Shown piece after piece: positions 62,055-64,000 of a DNA stretch of 64,000 nucleotides. Made by a program: the position numbers and the translations under genes. How positions within the stretch are numbered: the first letter of the stretch is position 1; each line of letters opens with the position of its first letter. Location: NCBI GenBank assembly GCA_010015805.1, contig ML978127.1:1612001-1676000 (forward strand), read 5' to 3'. A model generated the notes under the pieces. The model was not told where the DNA came from. It did not search any database and saw nothing but the letters and a program-made list of their open reading frames with translations. The stretch comes from Rhizodiscina lignyota (Eukaryota).

Positions 62055-64000
62055 ATGCAGCGTCCTCCGCATCGATTTACATCCAACTCAGCGGCCACCT
62101 CGCCTCGCACAAATCCATTGCGCAGTAACAACAACCGGGATCGTGACGATCCAGCATACAGCCTAGAGAAAACAATGTCGAGCGGCACAGGAAGGAGCTC
62201 TGATGATGTGAGCAGCGGAGCTGGCAGCGAGGAGGTGAGCCAGACGTTGGATGAGAAGATGGCAGAAGAGCAGAAGGGCAGACAGAGGCTCAACAACATC
62301 ATCCAGCAATTTTACATCAAAGGCGCTCTTGTTATTGTCGGCGCCAGACACACTCTACGGCCATGGGTGAAAAACAACGTGGTGAAGCAGAACAAATGGG
62401 TAAGTCTCCCCGTCCCATCTCATACTCGCTCATCCGACATCCATTTCATTCTACATCACTAACGTTTTAACAGTTCAATGTTGTCCTAAATGACAGCGAA
62501 GAGCTCCTTGAGCCGCTATCCCACTGGAGAAGCCTTGACGTCCTCGATGATCGGCCTTCACCGATGGTTATCGAAGTGTACCTGGATCTCAATGACCTCA
62601 CACCAAGCCAAACGCTTGTCATACTGGATAAGGACGGTCAGCGATGGGATGTTGCGGAATCTCTCAACCGTCTGGTGGGATACAATTCGAGACCATCTGC
62701 TACCAGCAGGAAGGAGATTGTCTTGGAGCGTTGGCGAGTCGAGCTTGGTCAAGCTTCCGCTGCGGTACCTTCAGAGGCGTGGTATGATCTGCCAAATGCT
62801 TACAAGAAGGCTGTAGTGCTCTTCAGGAGCCTCTTCACACATACTCGCATTCTACCTACCTGGAAGTATTTTAGGCGGATTGCCAAGAATCCTCCACATA
62901 GCCCTGCGCTCAAGTTGAAGTATCGCATCTCTAATGGCGACATCGCACCTAACACGAGAGACACTCTGGATCTATCTCTTGTTCCTGAACCGGGAAGCGT
63001 GACATCGCGATATGTCTTCGAGCCAAGCCTTTCACCCGTCGGCCCGTTCTGCATTTCTGTGGAATATAGAGAAAACTGCGATTTCCGTGTGGACGATTCC
63101 GAATCCCTCCTGAGCTCCCATTTTATGGCCTCGGATGACAAGTATTTCCGGCCGTCATTGTCACCTCAACGCGGGTCGCGCAATGACAAGGATCACGTGC
63201 CTGGCTCTCTACCAACACGCAGAAACTTTGTTGAAGAACAAGCCGACCAGGGACACGCGTACGGCAGCATGTCAACATTCCACGCGGTTGGCCAACCCAG
63301 CACTAGTCCAATCTCTGCAATTCGGAACGCACACTGGCCTGGAGTAGACCCATCGCCGTCAACATCACCACCACAGAAGCTGCCACCGAATCATCGTATG
63401 GCGCAAGGTTCTAAATCTTCTCTCCGCTCGGTGGAAGGAGGCGCGCTACCTTACCAGCGTCGCACTTCTGTCTCCTTCCAGCCTTTCAAGGCGGGAAGCC
63501 TCGCATCTTCTCCAGCTTCTGGAGCGATGCACATGCCTGTCCCACCTTCACCATCCAGCTCTTCACTCGGACGTGATCGCCCTTCCAGTCTGTCTCCCCT
63601 CGCTCAAGGTGCTACTGGTACGTCTTTGCCTGCTCAGCACGCGCGCAATCGAAACTCCCTTACTACTCTCCCACAGCAAGCTCTTCGTGCGCCTGTGAAT
63701 ATTCCAAACGAGACGGCCATTGCGTCTTCTGCATCAAGCTCTCCAAAGCCAGCTCCAATCTCCAGATACAGCAGCTCCTTCTCAAACCGTCGCAACCGCT
63801 TTTCATCAGCTTCTGCTGGCACGGGAACAGGGGGATCAAATTCACGCACTGAAGATGGGGACCCGTCTGGCGGAAACAACTCCAGTGGCAAAGGCAGTGT
63901 CTCAAGCTCTACACGTGCTGACACGAGCACACCGGACGTTGTATCTGGTGGTGCTGGCGCAGGCGGAGGTAGCTCTGGTAGCGTACAGGCGGATGATGAC
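62055..64000 (+). CDS. atg13: Autophagy protein Atg13 (HORMA domain + disordered Ser/Pro-rich tail), 3' truncated by the window
   Basis: IIQQFYIKGALVI, NKW|FNVVL across intron 62400-62473, EIVLERW, YKKAVVLFRSLFTHTRILPTWK, VEYRENCDFRVDDSESLLSSHF; frame open to the window end. Confidence 0.88.

Noticed and set aside
1..64000. Starship or transposon origin for the accessory genes; secondary-metabolite cluster
   Set aside because: No tyrosine recombinase captain, transposase, reverse transcriptase, PKS, NRPS or terpene synthase seen, and core-type genes are interspersed throughout.

Overview
Gene-dense 64 kb window from a filamentous ascomycete (Pezizomycotina), judged from short GT-AG introns with CTRAC branch points and fungal gene families. 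I reconstruct about 22 protein genes plus one pseudogene. Conserved-type genes include a phytochrome, a flavoprotein/F-box-like/ankyrin gene, a GS-like ligase with a divergent SDR, an ankyrin-RCC1-BTB gene and Atg13. They are interleaved with accessory-type genes: aspartic protease, GST, SDRs, CMD/AhpD-like protein, GH2, acid sphingomyelinase-like enzyme, MFS transporter, ASST-like protein, two NLR-like STAND receptors and an NmrA pseudogene. I saw no transposase, rRNA, canonical tRNA or CRISPR array. Leading observations: (1) a divergent GlnA4-like ligase/SDR pair with a GATA-rich shared promoter, resembling the bacterial gamma-glutamylation route for amine use; (2) phytochrome head-to-head with a degenerate HFCD flavoprotein-F-box-ankyrin gene and followed by a PNPOx-FNR oxidoreductase; (3) a tandem ~450-470 bp non-coding duplication with RIP-like divergence, tRNA-like boxes and splice signals; (4) a 13-exon secreted PA/M28-like gene fragmented in the ORF track. 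All family assignments come from motif recognition by eye, not database searches.
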